DNA of 64,000 bases, taken from positions 32,795,648-32,859,647 of the forward strand of contig NC_092673.1 of the NCBI RefSeq assembly GCF_964355755.1. The letters run 5' to 3'. The position numbers and the translations under genes were made by a program. The number at the start of each line of letters is the position of its first letter. Within the stretch, counting starts at the first letter, position 1. Source of the DNA: Antedon mediterranea. Lineage: Eukaryota; Animalia; Echinodermata. The notes beneath the pieces are model-generated. The model was not told where the DNA came from. It ran no database searches and saw only the letters and a list, made by a program, of their open reading frames with translations. Positions 27,860-40,234 of this stretch are shown one piece after another.

Positions 27860-29385
27860 AATTAAAATCGTTTGTAATTATTTGCGCTGTTATAGTTACA
27901 AATGTTGTTTTATTGTCATTATATCAATTCGTCATAGAGAAATAAAATAAAATTTGTTTTTATTGGACTAAATTACTATTATTCAATAGCTTAATTTTCT
28001 AAAAAAGGTTAGATCATAGAAAATAAATTCAGATTTTATAACCGTTCAGAGAATGAGTTTCTACAATTTACCACGAAGAAGGCTAAGACCAAAGGAATTA
28101 CAGCAAATGTACGTCATTCACAAAAAAACAGTAAGATAATCTAATGTGGGACTAGATTTGATTCGCTAAAACAATTAGCATCATTATAGTCATCATCATC
28201 ATCATCAGGTGAGGATGATGTTAAACGAGTTACAGTCAAGTCGCCTCAAGTCAGCTCACTGTTTCGTCGATGGTGATTATTGTATTTGCTTTTAGCCAAT
28301 TATGCTCAATAACGTTTGATATAAAAAACAAAATTCGTTTGATCCGTTAGCCCTGATTCATGTACAGTAGGCGAATGAAAGCTTGATTTTAGTTTTCATG
28401 ATATTAAGGAAGCGACTGTAGCCATGTTGTCTACACTAAACAAGGGTATGGTTCAAATTATATGGCTCGGTCTGGTTATTATTATTTTCATTGTGACTAT
28501 CACGCTATAAATAACACCGTCTTGGGAGAAAATAAAGAAATCATAGAATTTAATTACAAATCATGATTACTAAACAATATTAATCGGTGAAAAACTCGTT
28601 CGTAAACCTACAGATGAATTAAAAAAAACTGTAGTAGGAATATGTATGTCTAAATTGAAATCACGATTTTCAGATGATTCAATATATAATATCGATGATT
28701 TCTACGTTCTTTTGTTATGTTAATTTTCCCTTTTTGAATTTTGAATATGAGGCAGAATTTCTACCCTCCCACATTTTTTTCTCCATTAGCATTCTTTTAA
28801 TCAACAGGCCAAAATGTAACTTAACATATATGGATACTGATATTAGACATTAAAAAATAAATTTTAGTTGGTGGTTTTTACTTTATTTATGTCCCGTCGT
28901 CATTGTTATCGTCGTTGTCGTTGTTGCTTCTGTCGTCGCCATTGCTGTTGTTGCCATCGTCTTTGTTGTCGTCGAAACATTTTCGTCGATGTTGTTGTTG
29001 TCGTCGTCTTCATCGTTGTTTTGCCATCGTCATTGTTGTCGTTGTCGTCGTCGTTGTTGTTGTTGTTGTCGTCGTCGTCGTTGTTTGTTTGTCGTCGTCA
29101 TCACCATGTTGTCGTGATTATCTATATCTTTTTCGTCATGCAAGATTAAACAGTAACTTAATTTAATAATATGGAGGAAGCTATTTTTTTAATCGTCAAT
29201 CTTCTGTCTTCTCCGTCATCACCGTATCGAATAAAATCGATGACTTTTTATTCACACGTATTTATCTATTCAAATCGGTTATTTGAATCGACTGAACCCA
29301 CTGCACAACGAATTAATAAAATACAGAAAGTGATTCTAATTCTAAAAGTACAATTTATTTTTGCAAATCAAATCACCAAACAGAT
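27860..29385. repeat. Duplicated VLIG downstream flank, paralogous to 42800-43960, including a putative poly(A) signal at 29354-29359 (-)
   Basis: Shared strings include TTAAAATCGTT.GTAATTATTTGCGCTG, AAGCTTGATTTTAGTTTTCATGA and TTCTACC.TCCCACATT. Confidence 0.8.
28893..29115. repeat. Imperfect (GTT/GTC)n trinucleotide microsatellite
   Basis: Low-complexity GTY runs that produce the poly-V/S/L/C ORFs. Confidence 0.9.
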
Positions 29386-29618
29386 TATACAATATTATTG
29401 GTCATACTATAATATTACGATAATGTTACATATTCTTCTTCTACCTCCTTACGTAACAAATAATAGTAATACAAGAAAGCACATTAAATCGATTAAAGTT
29501 TAAGAAAAACATAATAATTATACATTTGCATGAAATATAATTCAAAAAGGTGTAATTGACTGTCTCCTACACACTGGGTAGGCTTAGAAACCCCTAAATA
29601 CAACCAACGTTGGCTTAA

Positions 29619-30212
29619 AGGCCAGGTGCGGGCAAAAAATTTCTATTGATCATACATTCCAATAATTATCGATCTATAGTTTCCCCTATGTTTCATAATT
29701 TTTGAGATTTTATTTGTGTTACAGGAGCTTTTTGAAAATTAGCACTTTCTTATCAGTGGGGGGATAGTTCAAATTACACAGTAAAATCTCTATTCTTTTG
29801 TACACAAATTTTGAAAATAGAGAGGCATTTTAAAAAGCTATGAAAAATAAACGGTGTGGTAAAAAATGTTATCAGATGACTAAATATAGGTAATATAACT
29901 TGAATTTTACATTTCTGGTATTTTTATTCAACTTCAGAATTTAATTTTCATGCTATAGCAAAAATTATCCACCGTATATCCACCATCTTTTTTCACCTTC
30001 TAGGGAGTCACCAGACATGCTGTTATATTAGGTTAACTACCTAACTACTGAAAAAAAGTCTTCCTGGTTTTTTTGGCAGAATTTTACCAAATTTTGTATT
30101 TGACCATATTAGGGGAAATTCATGGTTTTTCATCTTGATTTCTGTTACAAATATTTGATTTATGTACAATTAACCAGATATTATATTTAAAATTCATGCC
30201 TGTACCTGAGCT
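29619..30212. mobile_element. Kolobok-like MITE with TTAA TSD
   Basis: TTAA|AGGCCAGGTGCGGGCA ... TGCCTGTACCTGAGCT|TTAA. Confidence 0.7.
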
Positions 30213-32242
30213 TTAAAAGCAAACTGTTATATTTTTCAGTACAGAATATTATTAGATTACAATTTCATATTCTGGAATCTGCTTTTAAAATTACTGTAAT
30301 ATTGTAAAATATTACAATAATAATAGTTTTGATTTTTTCCCCACTGTCTTAAAACTTGCAAACATTACCCACTGAAAATACTAAATTAACAAATTTAAAT
30401 GAAAAAAATTACTATTATAAATAATAAATCTTACAGTAATATTAATTGTAAATGTATTATCTCATTGCTGTGATAAGAACTTAATTGTTAAAAGAATTAA
30501 ATTACTTTTTAATGGATATGAAACCGTAAAAGTAAAATACCTTAACTGAAGTAACTATTAAAATTAACAATATGAAAACAATACAATGAAAAAAATCCAA
30601 ATATTTATACAAAAATGGTGCCACTAATTTAACGCATTTAAATGAGTATATTTTTAGATTATAAAGAAAATACGATTATGTATACCACGGCAACTTAACT
30701 TGACTAAATATTTGAATTTATACAATTATTATAATTGTATAATAATGCGAGTGAATATATAATATGCGAGTGGATATAATATTCAAGAATATAGTATTAT
30801 ACAAGACGATACAATGTAACAATTATGATTAACGCGAGCTTAGTTATAGAAACTAATATTCCTATATAAAAATCATTCTAAAATTACAATTAAAAAATTA
30901 CTGATTTTTTTTCTTTTTTGTGGGAGCAACCCACTTTTATTGCAATGATAAACAATATGGTGAAGGTTACAGTATATATGTCTATCTATCTATTTATCAA
31001 TGAATATTTAAGTGATATTACACAGACAGGTTAAAAGATTATATAAAATATTTTGATATTGTGTTGAAATCTAGATAAAACAAACATGTATACAGAGAAA
31101 ATTTATATTACAGAGCTAAAAAGATATAAAGATTGATATTCAGTATTACAGAGAGATTCGATATAATATAAATATATATGATAAAATGGTATATTGCATT
31201 ATAAGATTATGTTTTGTTTGTTTGTACTTTTATAAAATTGTATAGTTTTACATTTTGAACATAATATTGTTTTTATTATTTATATGATAAAATAACAAAC
31301 TAATAAATAAAAAATTACTGATACCGTGTACTGTAACAGACCGACGTCCTAATTAAACTAAAATGTTACAAACATTTTCAATTAAGATTATTATTTTTGG
31401 AAACATTTATCATTGATTTATAATTTCGAGACGATTATTATTACGATTAAAGTTACAGTAATAAATACGTGCGGATAACAATAATTTAGAGCTCAGTTAT
31501 GGCAACTACATTATATTTCTAGTAGCAGCAATTATTCTCTTCTAAACGTGTAATGTGTTATGTGATAACTAATGCTACAATTTAAACGATACAATACAAA
31601 ACATTAGTAATTTACATTAATGTGTTTGAAAACATTTCTCACTGAATTATATATAGCCCACGGTTAAACATTTAGTCCATTATTAATATTTAAAAAATGT
31701 AATGCCGATTAAATCGATCTGAAATCGGTTGATCAAGCCAGTTTCCCTATCCTTGTAAATGTTATAATTCATTGAGTATCGTAATATATAAGACGTGAAT
31801 TGCATTTTCTGAAATTTTAGGTATGATACACTTCTATACGAGAAGATATATTATAGATATCAACATCTTATATGACCAGCAATAGCTTCCAAAATGATCA
31901 GCATTATTTATCATTAAAGTCATTTACCGTGCCAACAAAATACAAATTAAATATGTAGGCAGGATACACGATACTTTTTCTTTTGACAGACGAACAAATC
32001 AATTGATCTACGCATTAGGGATTTGGTCGGGGCTTATTTAATATATTGCGTATATGAGTATATTTACGACTATACATATACGGTATGTCGTAACCTCTGT
32101 AAATGCCACTTTTTTGGGTATCAGCGAAGATGTGAAGACACCATAAAGAATTCTTCAGACGTTGGTACAGCACATTAGTCCAATTATCCGTCATATAAAC
32201 AGTTTACCAATTAATCTTTTAAACTTCGTTGTTGTTGATTAC

Positions 32243-35200
32243 TTAAATGTTGTACAAGTTTTTCATATCTTCCTTTGCTTGTCCATCGTACGTAGGTAAT
32301 ACACTTCCATCCGTCTGGAATATCAACCTCCTTAGCATTGTAATAAGCAGCAAGTTCGGTATTGTATGTTGCCATAAACCATTTCCAGTACATCCAGTGG
32401 TTCAATTGGCAATGATGCGTAGCGTTCATTCACACTTTTTCATTTCTCATGCGTGTGTTCATTGTTAAATCTATGATTTGACAATATATTAACATCCATG
32501 CATGAAGAGACATCTTACTGGAAAACCCTTTACTTAATAAATGTCTTAGATGATCGATTACTCCAAGATGGCATTTCTTTGTAAGTTATCTTTCAATAGC
32601 ACTTGTAATCTCTCGATATATAGCTGATGCGACTTTTACACTCTTCCTTTAAACATTTGCCACAATTCGTCCCTTTGAGACTCCATGTATAGTCTCGGGT
32701 CATTTTCGCATTTGTGTTGCTCCTGCATTCTTTCCAAACTGGGTATCAATTCAACCATGAAATTACATATGGACAGACGAATATTACTTTTTTCCTTAAT
32801 GCAAACGTTTCCTTCTATATTTATCTCTTTAAGATTACTCGATAGTTCTGAAAAAAGGTCAAATCCGATTTGTATAGAGTATTTTCCTCCATTCAGTTTA
32901 TGATTTGAGATTTTTTTTTTTAGTCTATTTAGAATGTCTTTTTTAAAGGAATTTGCGACAAACAAATAACGTTGTTTGTTCATGAAACCATACCCTGTGT
33001 TCATAACCCGAAATGATCTAAAATACAAATCCTTTTCAACTATTTCAGTTTGGGAAAGGTCAGACTGCAATACACAATTAACGTCTGACTGATGATGTCG
33101 TAAGTAAAATTCTCTTAAAATGCTTTCAAAAGACCTTCTTACATCTGCGTAATCATCAACAATTGGTATGGCACAAACCCACTCAATCCAGTTTTTAGCA
33201 AACTCACGCTCAAGATCTGCATCAGATAGTTGTTTACCTCGATACACGTCGGCCAGGTCCTTAGCTTTTCGATAAATGAATTGCATGTCAATGTTACCGG
33301 TAGCTCTTACAATTCTTTTATTTCGAATAGATGTAAATTCATCCCTCAGATCTTTTTTAATTTCTTTACCAAGATTTTGGAGTTGTAGCTCTATTTCAAC
33401 TTTCCATTGACATGCATTTTTTTCTTCTTCTAAATACGATTTCATATTTGCTTCAAAATCACAGATGTCTTTCTGTAATTTCTGTAAGTAACTGTCAAAG
33501 ATTTTTTCTCCATCTTGTTTTATCTTCTCAACGGTTAGTTTCTTACATTCATTTTGAAGACTGTAGCTATGTTCCAGTACGTTTCTTCTGAATGTACGGG
33601 CATGCCTCACATATTCTGCATTCAAAGCATTATAAGCTTGAATCTCAAGATAATTTTTGAAACTGAATACAAAATCTTGACATAATATTGCTTTCCAGAG
33701 ATTGGAAAGCAGCGTTATAAAATCCACGATACATTTAGCATTAGTATCCGCTATAAATGTCAAGACTTTTTTTTTACTTGAAGAATGCATTTGCTGTAAC
33801 TAGGATTAGGTGGTGCCATTGGTGGATCTCCTTGCAAAAGGCTGGAAATGTACAATATATGTTTGTTTTCTTGAAAATTGATGACATCAGAAAACGATTC
33901 ATATTTTTCACTGCAATTTTCTTCCTTGGCTGCAATTGATGTGATTTTATCCAACATTTCTCGCATACTTCGTTTTTTAGCAGTATTCAAAGCAGATTCT
34001 GTGACATCAGTGACGTTTTGGTGTACAAATAAACAGTTAGGACTGACTTTAACATTATCCATCTTCATAAAAGCATTAACAGCAATCTGAAGTGTGTCTT
34101 GCATGTCTGTTGGATTTTCTCCCATAATATTTATTATGATAAGATCACCTAAACCAATCACAAGCGTGGCTAGTTCATTGTCACGGTAGTTGGCCTGTTG
34201 AATGCTAGCAAATTCAGGAGATCGCAAACCTTCAGTGTCAACCACCAGAATGTAGTCACATTGTGTCTCTTCTCTTAAACTTTTATCTAATGACACCAGC
34301 TGAACGAATATACCTTTAGTACATCTGCCAGCACTAACAGAAAATTGTAAGCCAAACATGGCATTTAACATGGTTGATTTTCCACTACTTTGAATTCCTA
34401 GTACAGATAACACAAACATTATCTTGTTGCCAATTTGTTCTTTAAGGGAATTGAACACGGCTTTAATCCAAGTTATAGACACGCAGCCTGCATCACCATC
34501 CATCAGTTCAATGGGATATCCCTCTAGTAACATTTCAGCAGCAACATCTGCTAAGATAGAGTTTTCGGTGTCACTTGTTGATAATTTTAAATCTGATGAC
34601 ATTTCGTAATCCTGTCCAATTTCTCTATTAAAATGTTCTAATCCTAATGATTCCCGTGATAGTTTCTGTTCAAGTTCATCAAGTTCATTTTGTCTTGATT
34701 TTAATAATGCTTTTGACGTTTCTTGTTTGGTTTTTCTATTGTTGCATAATGCGTTCCATTTTGTAATGTAGTTCTCACGTATTGGTTGTAACCTGCTAAT
34801 GCTAAATCCATCGGTCATTATCTTAACAAACCCAAAGAAATATTTTCTTTTTAAAGGTGAGTTATTGAATGAAGCTCTAAACATTTTTTTTTTATTTTAT
34901 TTTATTCAATTTTCAGGTACAACAATACATGACAACACAGCGGTGCAACCCTGAGGATTGCCATGAGTGCAAAGCACTATCGAGATGGCTCTCCATATAC
35001 TGCACTAGAACATATAAGACAAACATTATACACAAGATGCTGGAGTTGTAAATTGTCATGAGAAAAAAACCCTGACATATGACAGGACTTGAACCCATGA
35101 CCCTTAGATTGGTAGCCAAGCATCATAACCACCAAGCCACAGCTCCACTCACTTGTGTGTACAACAATCACGTCTTTGTTGTTTAATTGTTTTTGACGTA

Positions 35201-36511
35201 GGTCTTCTATCTCTTTCTTTAGTCTATCAACGTAGTCTTCGATCTGCATCTTTTCTTTTCTTTGTAGCCGATGTTGTTCTTTTTTCGTCTCTCCAATTTT
35301 CACTGTTGCCATCTGCAAGGGCAGCTCGTTTTGCTTTCCCTCTCGAGTTACGCGCTCGAGCAATTTTTTGGCACTCTCTTTCGCTTCCAAACAATCTTTC
35401 GTTTCGTCAACGTGGTAATTCATTTTCTTTGCAACTTCAATGCACATCTCGATACTCCTAAAATCATTCTGACTAATTAAATTAACTTTAAGTAATCCCC
35501 AAATGGCTGAGGCTATTCTCAGCTCGTTCATGTTTGATGATTTTATAAAGTCTACTTGTTTCTCCTTATATTTATCACATTTCTTTATTGTTTGTAACGC
35601 CTTCATAAAATCTTTTCCTGGAGATCCATCTAAGATGAAAATTACGTGACCCTTTTGTTGGTATAATGATTTAAGTAATTGGGTGTGGTCTTCGTTAAAA
35701 TCAGCACAGGAAACAAAGGCAATAGTGACTTGTGATATCTCGGATAAGAAATTCGTCTGACTTTTAAATGTCAATGCATTTCCTCGCAAATTTATAAAGT
35801 TTATTGCATCTGAAAAAGTACCCGGCTTTGTGGGAAGGTACCATGCCATTTCTAATAAGCCATCTGATAATTTTTGTTCTAAATTACCACCTTTGGACCC
35901 AGAATTAAAGAAAATGTCATGTTTCTGCTCATTAAGGACATAGTTGACAACTTTAGATTTGGATAGTTTTGGTCTTCCTAACCGCAAAGCAGAAACAATC
36001 GGTAACCTTTCAACCACCATTGATTTTTGACAAGACAAGCCTGAACTCGCTTGCCACTTCTTTGTGATTTTTCTCATTCCCCACACAATCATTTCCCATT
36101 CTTTGTTAGGTACGTCCGTAACTGGAATCAGTAACGGAATAGCTAACTGACATATTGACAATTTTTCAATAAGAATTTGTCTTAGAAAATTGTCGCAGCA
36201 CAAGTAAATAGCTACTAGTGCATCTATTGGGCTTAATTGATTTGACACTTCTTCTTCTTGTAGAAGAGAAGATATTGAGAAGTATTGGATTTTGTCTAAA
36301 TCAAAAGATCTTCCTTCTTAGTTACACATTATAAGATTTTGCAACATATACCATGGTATTTTCCTTGGGTCGTCATTCAGGTCATCTGGTGAAATATAAT
36401 TTTCTGAAACTTCCAATACTTTTTCACGAGTTAAGTTTCTGTGAGAATTTTCTTGTAGTCCCAGATGCTTAACCACCTGCTGATGCATGTGCAATCTCTC
36501 TTTCTTCTTAT
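32243..36511 (-). pseudogene. GVIN1: Decayed VLIG/GVIN1 exon (copy 2)
   Basis: Homologous to copies 1 and 3. Lesions: TAA at 36318-36320 replacing Tyr of CNYEGR, SINE insertion at ~34884-35153, frameshifts at ~33770 and ~32640, and a large deletion after SLHAWML (~32480). Confidence 0.92.
34884..35153 (-). mobile_element. tRNA-derived SINE inserted in VLIG copy 2
   Basis: Pol III A box TGGCTTGGTGG (35129-35139), B box GGTTCAAGTCC (35085-35095) and an A-rich tail. It is absent from copies 1 and 3 at the homologous position. Confidence 0.85.
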
Positions 36512-37040
36512 CTAAAGAAAATAAAAAATAATATTGTATTTCAATATTTTAACTTGAGGTTTAATGGAAGTTGATTAAAAGTGCACATTAAAATCGTTTA
36601 GAGACCATATTGCATTATTTTTCTTTCAAATGTAGCACACATAAACTTTATATAATAACAACAACAACCAGCAACGCGGGAACGATTTTAGAAATGGGGG
36701 GTGGGGGTGTATCCATGATTTTAAGTAGGGGATGAGGCTTAGACACCAAATATTTGAGCGACAGGCGCCTACATACGCCTGTACTGAAAAATCTTCTTGA
36801 TATTAGTGTATACATTTATTTTAAGTTCCTTTTATCATATACATGCATATCTATATATTATAAAAGAAAGAGAAAATATGAATATTTTATGGATGCTATA
36901 TTTTTATACTTTAGAGAGTAATCCATCAGGTAAACAGTATGGTACAGATAGGTTCGAACCCATGACTATCATATGCTATTCCGATATCATCATTACACCA
37001 CCACTCGCTGGTATATACAGCACCCGCCGCGATTCCAGAC

Positions 37041-38120
37041 GGTCTGTGGAGCCGTGAAATGTGGAAAAAGTCACATTTGTGCAAACAACCACATTTGTTC
37101 AAACATTTTACCTTCAAATGTGCAAACAACCACATTTGTGCAAACATTTTATCTTCAAATGTGCAAATCTGTAAACATTCATTACCCGCAAATGTGCAAA
37201 CATCACGCCGTTAAATGTAAAAACGATCAGTTTTGACGTTAAATGTGCAAAAGGTATTCTACAAATGTGCAAATCATTTATTCAGTCAAATTCCTATTAC
37301 ATTTTATATTTTTGGTTCGTAGGTCTTTCAGAGTAGAAATAACAATAGGAGAATGATTCTAATAAATTTAAAATGCTCAATATCATAATAACTAATTATA
37401 CTGTTGTATTTTATTATGATCAAAGGCTTTAACCCGTCTAAGTCAAATTCAAGTCGACCCCAAGTCAACTCGCCCTGAAGTCAACTCGGCCTCACGTCAA
37501 CTAGGCCACTTTAAAGTATGAAACGCAAAGTGCAAACGAATGGGACAAAATAAGTCTAATGAACAGAAGAAAAATAATAAAAACGAAGTACGCATGTTAT
37601 AGGGATGAATATTAGAATGAAATGAATGTGAATGTTAGTTGACCGATTAGTTTTTGGCCGAGTTGACGTACGTGAGGCCGAGTTGACTTGAGGCCGGGTT
37701 GACTTCAGGGCGAGTTGACTTGGGGCCGACTTGAATTTATTCGAGGCGATTTAGAGCCTTTGATGATAATAAAATACAACAGTATAATTAGTTATGATAT
37801 TGAACATTTTAAATTTATTATACTCTTTTTCCTATTGTTATTTCTACTCTGAAAGACCTACGAACCAAAAATATAAAATGGAATAGGAGTTTGGTTGAAG
37901 AAATGCTTTGCACATTTGTAGATTACCTTTTGCAAATTTAACGTCAAAACTGATCGTTTTTACATTTAACGGCGAGATGTTTGCACATTTGCGGGTAATG
38001 AATTTTTACAGATTTGCACATTTTAAGGTGAAATGTTTGCACAAATGTGGTTGTTTGCACATTTAAAGGTAAATTGTTTGCACAAAGTGACTTTTTGCAC
38101 ATTTCACGGCTCCACAGACC
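37041..38120. mobile_element. ~1.08-kb palindromic foldback element
   Basis: GGTCTGTGGAGCCGTGAAATGTG... has its reverse complement ending at 38120. The arms are ~460 bp with AAATGTGCAAA and AAGTCAACTCG subrepeats around a short central spacer. Confidence 0.9.
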
Positions 38121-39035
38121 CTCACTACAACGTCTCACTATTTTGTTCTACAGATTTGTCTCTGTTTTCAAGACCCCAATTTTTGCATTCATCATCGATT
38201 CCATCTTTCATAAAAAAGTAATCACATGTAACTTATTTAAATTATCTCTATACAACGGGTTTTCAGAAGTTCTCTGAACCTATCGATTTGACGCTTTTTC
38301 TGCGACTGGCAGTGGCAGCAGAATCTAAAAATTAATATATTTTAGAACACTCTATGGCACTGTTATTATTCGATACTGGGCCTACTGTATAAAACATTTC
38401 ATATTTTAATTTATCAGCATTCGAAAACTGTATCAAACATGTATTGCTTTAGTTATCAACATTCGATATACTGTAGGCCTACTCTAATAAATGCTTTTCT
38501 TTTACTTATTACTGTATGCCTTTGTAAGTGTCTGCTTACCGGACCGTATCGTTTCCATTGCGAATGATTCGAAGATAGGCCTTGTCATATTATTATGTTG
38601 TGATTCTCTGTGTTTAGATAAGGATGCTTTAGACCAGGTCCGCCTTATATTATTAGCCAATCAAAATCGTATAATTTTTGGAGGGAAAATATTATCCTCC
38701 TCTGAAGCCTAAAATGTGCATGTCCAGTATAAAAGTGGAATGTAATAGATATTAAGGAGAAGAGAGAATAAGATCAGAGTAGATAAATGGAAAGATGATA
38801 AAGAAAATATTAAGGCTTGACTGGTAGTGGTAGAAAGATGTATTAATCGAATTACAAGGAATAAAAGTTCTAGTTGAGTTAAATATACTTTTTGTATGAG
38901 TTATCATTCTGTGACAGCTGTGTACGTCGCGTGGAGTTATATACGCCTGAGAAAGCTCGGAACCAACTAAAATAAATTCACTACAGGCCTACACATATAA
39001 TTTTTCGAATAAAAAGAAATTCATATGGTACTTAC

Positions 39036-39561
39036 CTTTAGCAAGTAGTAGATGCTTTGCACGTTCATTAAGACGACTTGAAAATGTCTCTACTTTGTCT
39101 TGTTTATCTCCTAATTTGTTGTTACTCTCTAAGTGAAAAACTACATCCCACATATTATGAAAGCCAACATGTCTCAGTTTGTAGTAGGCAATAACTTCAT
39201 CCATATCCTCTTTCTGAACTTGTTGTAAGGCTTTAAACAGCCGTTTTAGATATGGTGATAATGGCTGTATATCGTCAGAATTCTGAACTTTGTTTATCTT
39301 AATATAGTCAAGTACAAGATTTTCAGCAGCCTTAACTTGTGTTAACTCCGCAATCTCCAACAACAGGTTGACATTAGTAGGTAAGATGTCACCTTTCCGC
39401 TCAAGTTTATTGAACAAATCATGTGCTATTAAACGATCGTCTAATTCTCCGAAAGGTAGGTGATCGCATAAGCAGAATTTGAGCAAACGATACTGATCAC
39501 CCTTGTAGTGTTTACCCAGATTAGCGTTTAATTCCGTAAAAATCGTATTCAAATCTGCCAT
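39036..39561 (-). CDS. Coding exon for a death-fold protein, tandem death-effector-domain (DED)-like, 175 aa, ending in a phase-1 donor
   Basis: DED-like pattern LKF.LCDHLP..L.....DLF..LE..G.I...NV.LL.EI, then a second helical repeat. Acceptor TTTTACAG| at 39581, in-frame upstream TGA, and donor AAG|GTAAGT at 39036. Domain assigned by eye. Confidence 0.75.
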
Positions 39562-40234
39562 TTTATTTCATTTTTGTTTTGCTGTAAAAACAAAAGAGGA
39601 GATATATTAATTAATGTAATCAACATCATTTAATTCAAGTGTTACAATATTATACTCAAAAGAATACAAGGATTTGCATCGGCGGTGAAATAAAATGACT
39701 ATTCGACGCGCTTACCTGTCCTAAAGCACTGTTGTAAATCAAACAAACACGCTCTTTAAATCCGATGTCTGTTGCCACGACCCGCTATAGAATCAAAAGT
39801 TATTTTTAAAAATCAGGATCATAACAAAACGTATCCGTGTATAAATCGTATGCGCATTATAATTGCTCTAATGTCATGTCTCTGTCGAGGAATAATTGAA
39901 AACATTAATTGTAGAATGTGTATTTACAAAAATAAACAAAGATATAAAAGAAAAAGCAATAATAAAAGCATTTGGATAATTGGGAATTGAGGAAGCGAAC
40001 AATTTCTGCAGTTGAGGCCTTTTGTCAGATTATTTATATGGGTGTTGGTACGATGATTATTATTATAATTTTGAAAAAGTTTTAGAAACAATTGAAAAAA
40101 TTTAATCAAAGTTGTGGTTGGGATGGTTTATCAATGTAATTAATAAATCGTATAAATCAAACCACTCACAATAATTATAAATCACACGGATTTTTCCTGA
40201 CAAACTGAAAGTTATTATAAAATTGTAATAACTC

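Noticed and set aside
28868-29166. Cys/Arg-rich and poly-Val ORFs
   Set aside because: They are translations of the GTY microsatellite.
35075-35150. Functional tRNA gene
   Set aside because: The acceptor stem is poor, and it continues into a SINE body and A-rich tail inside a coding exon.
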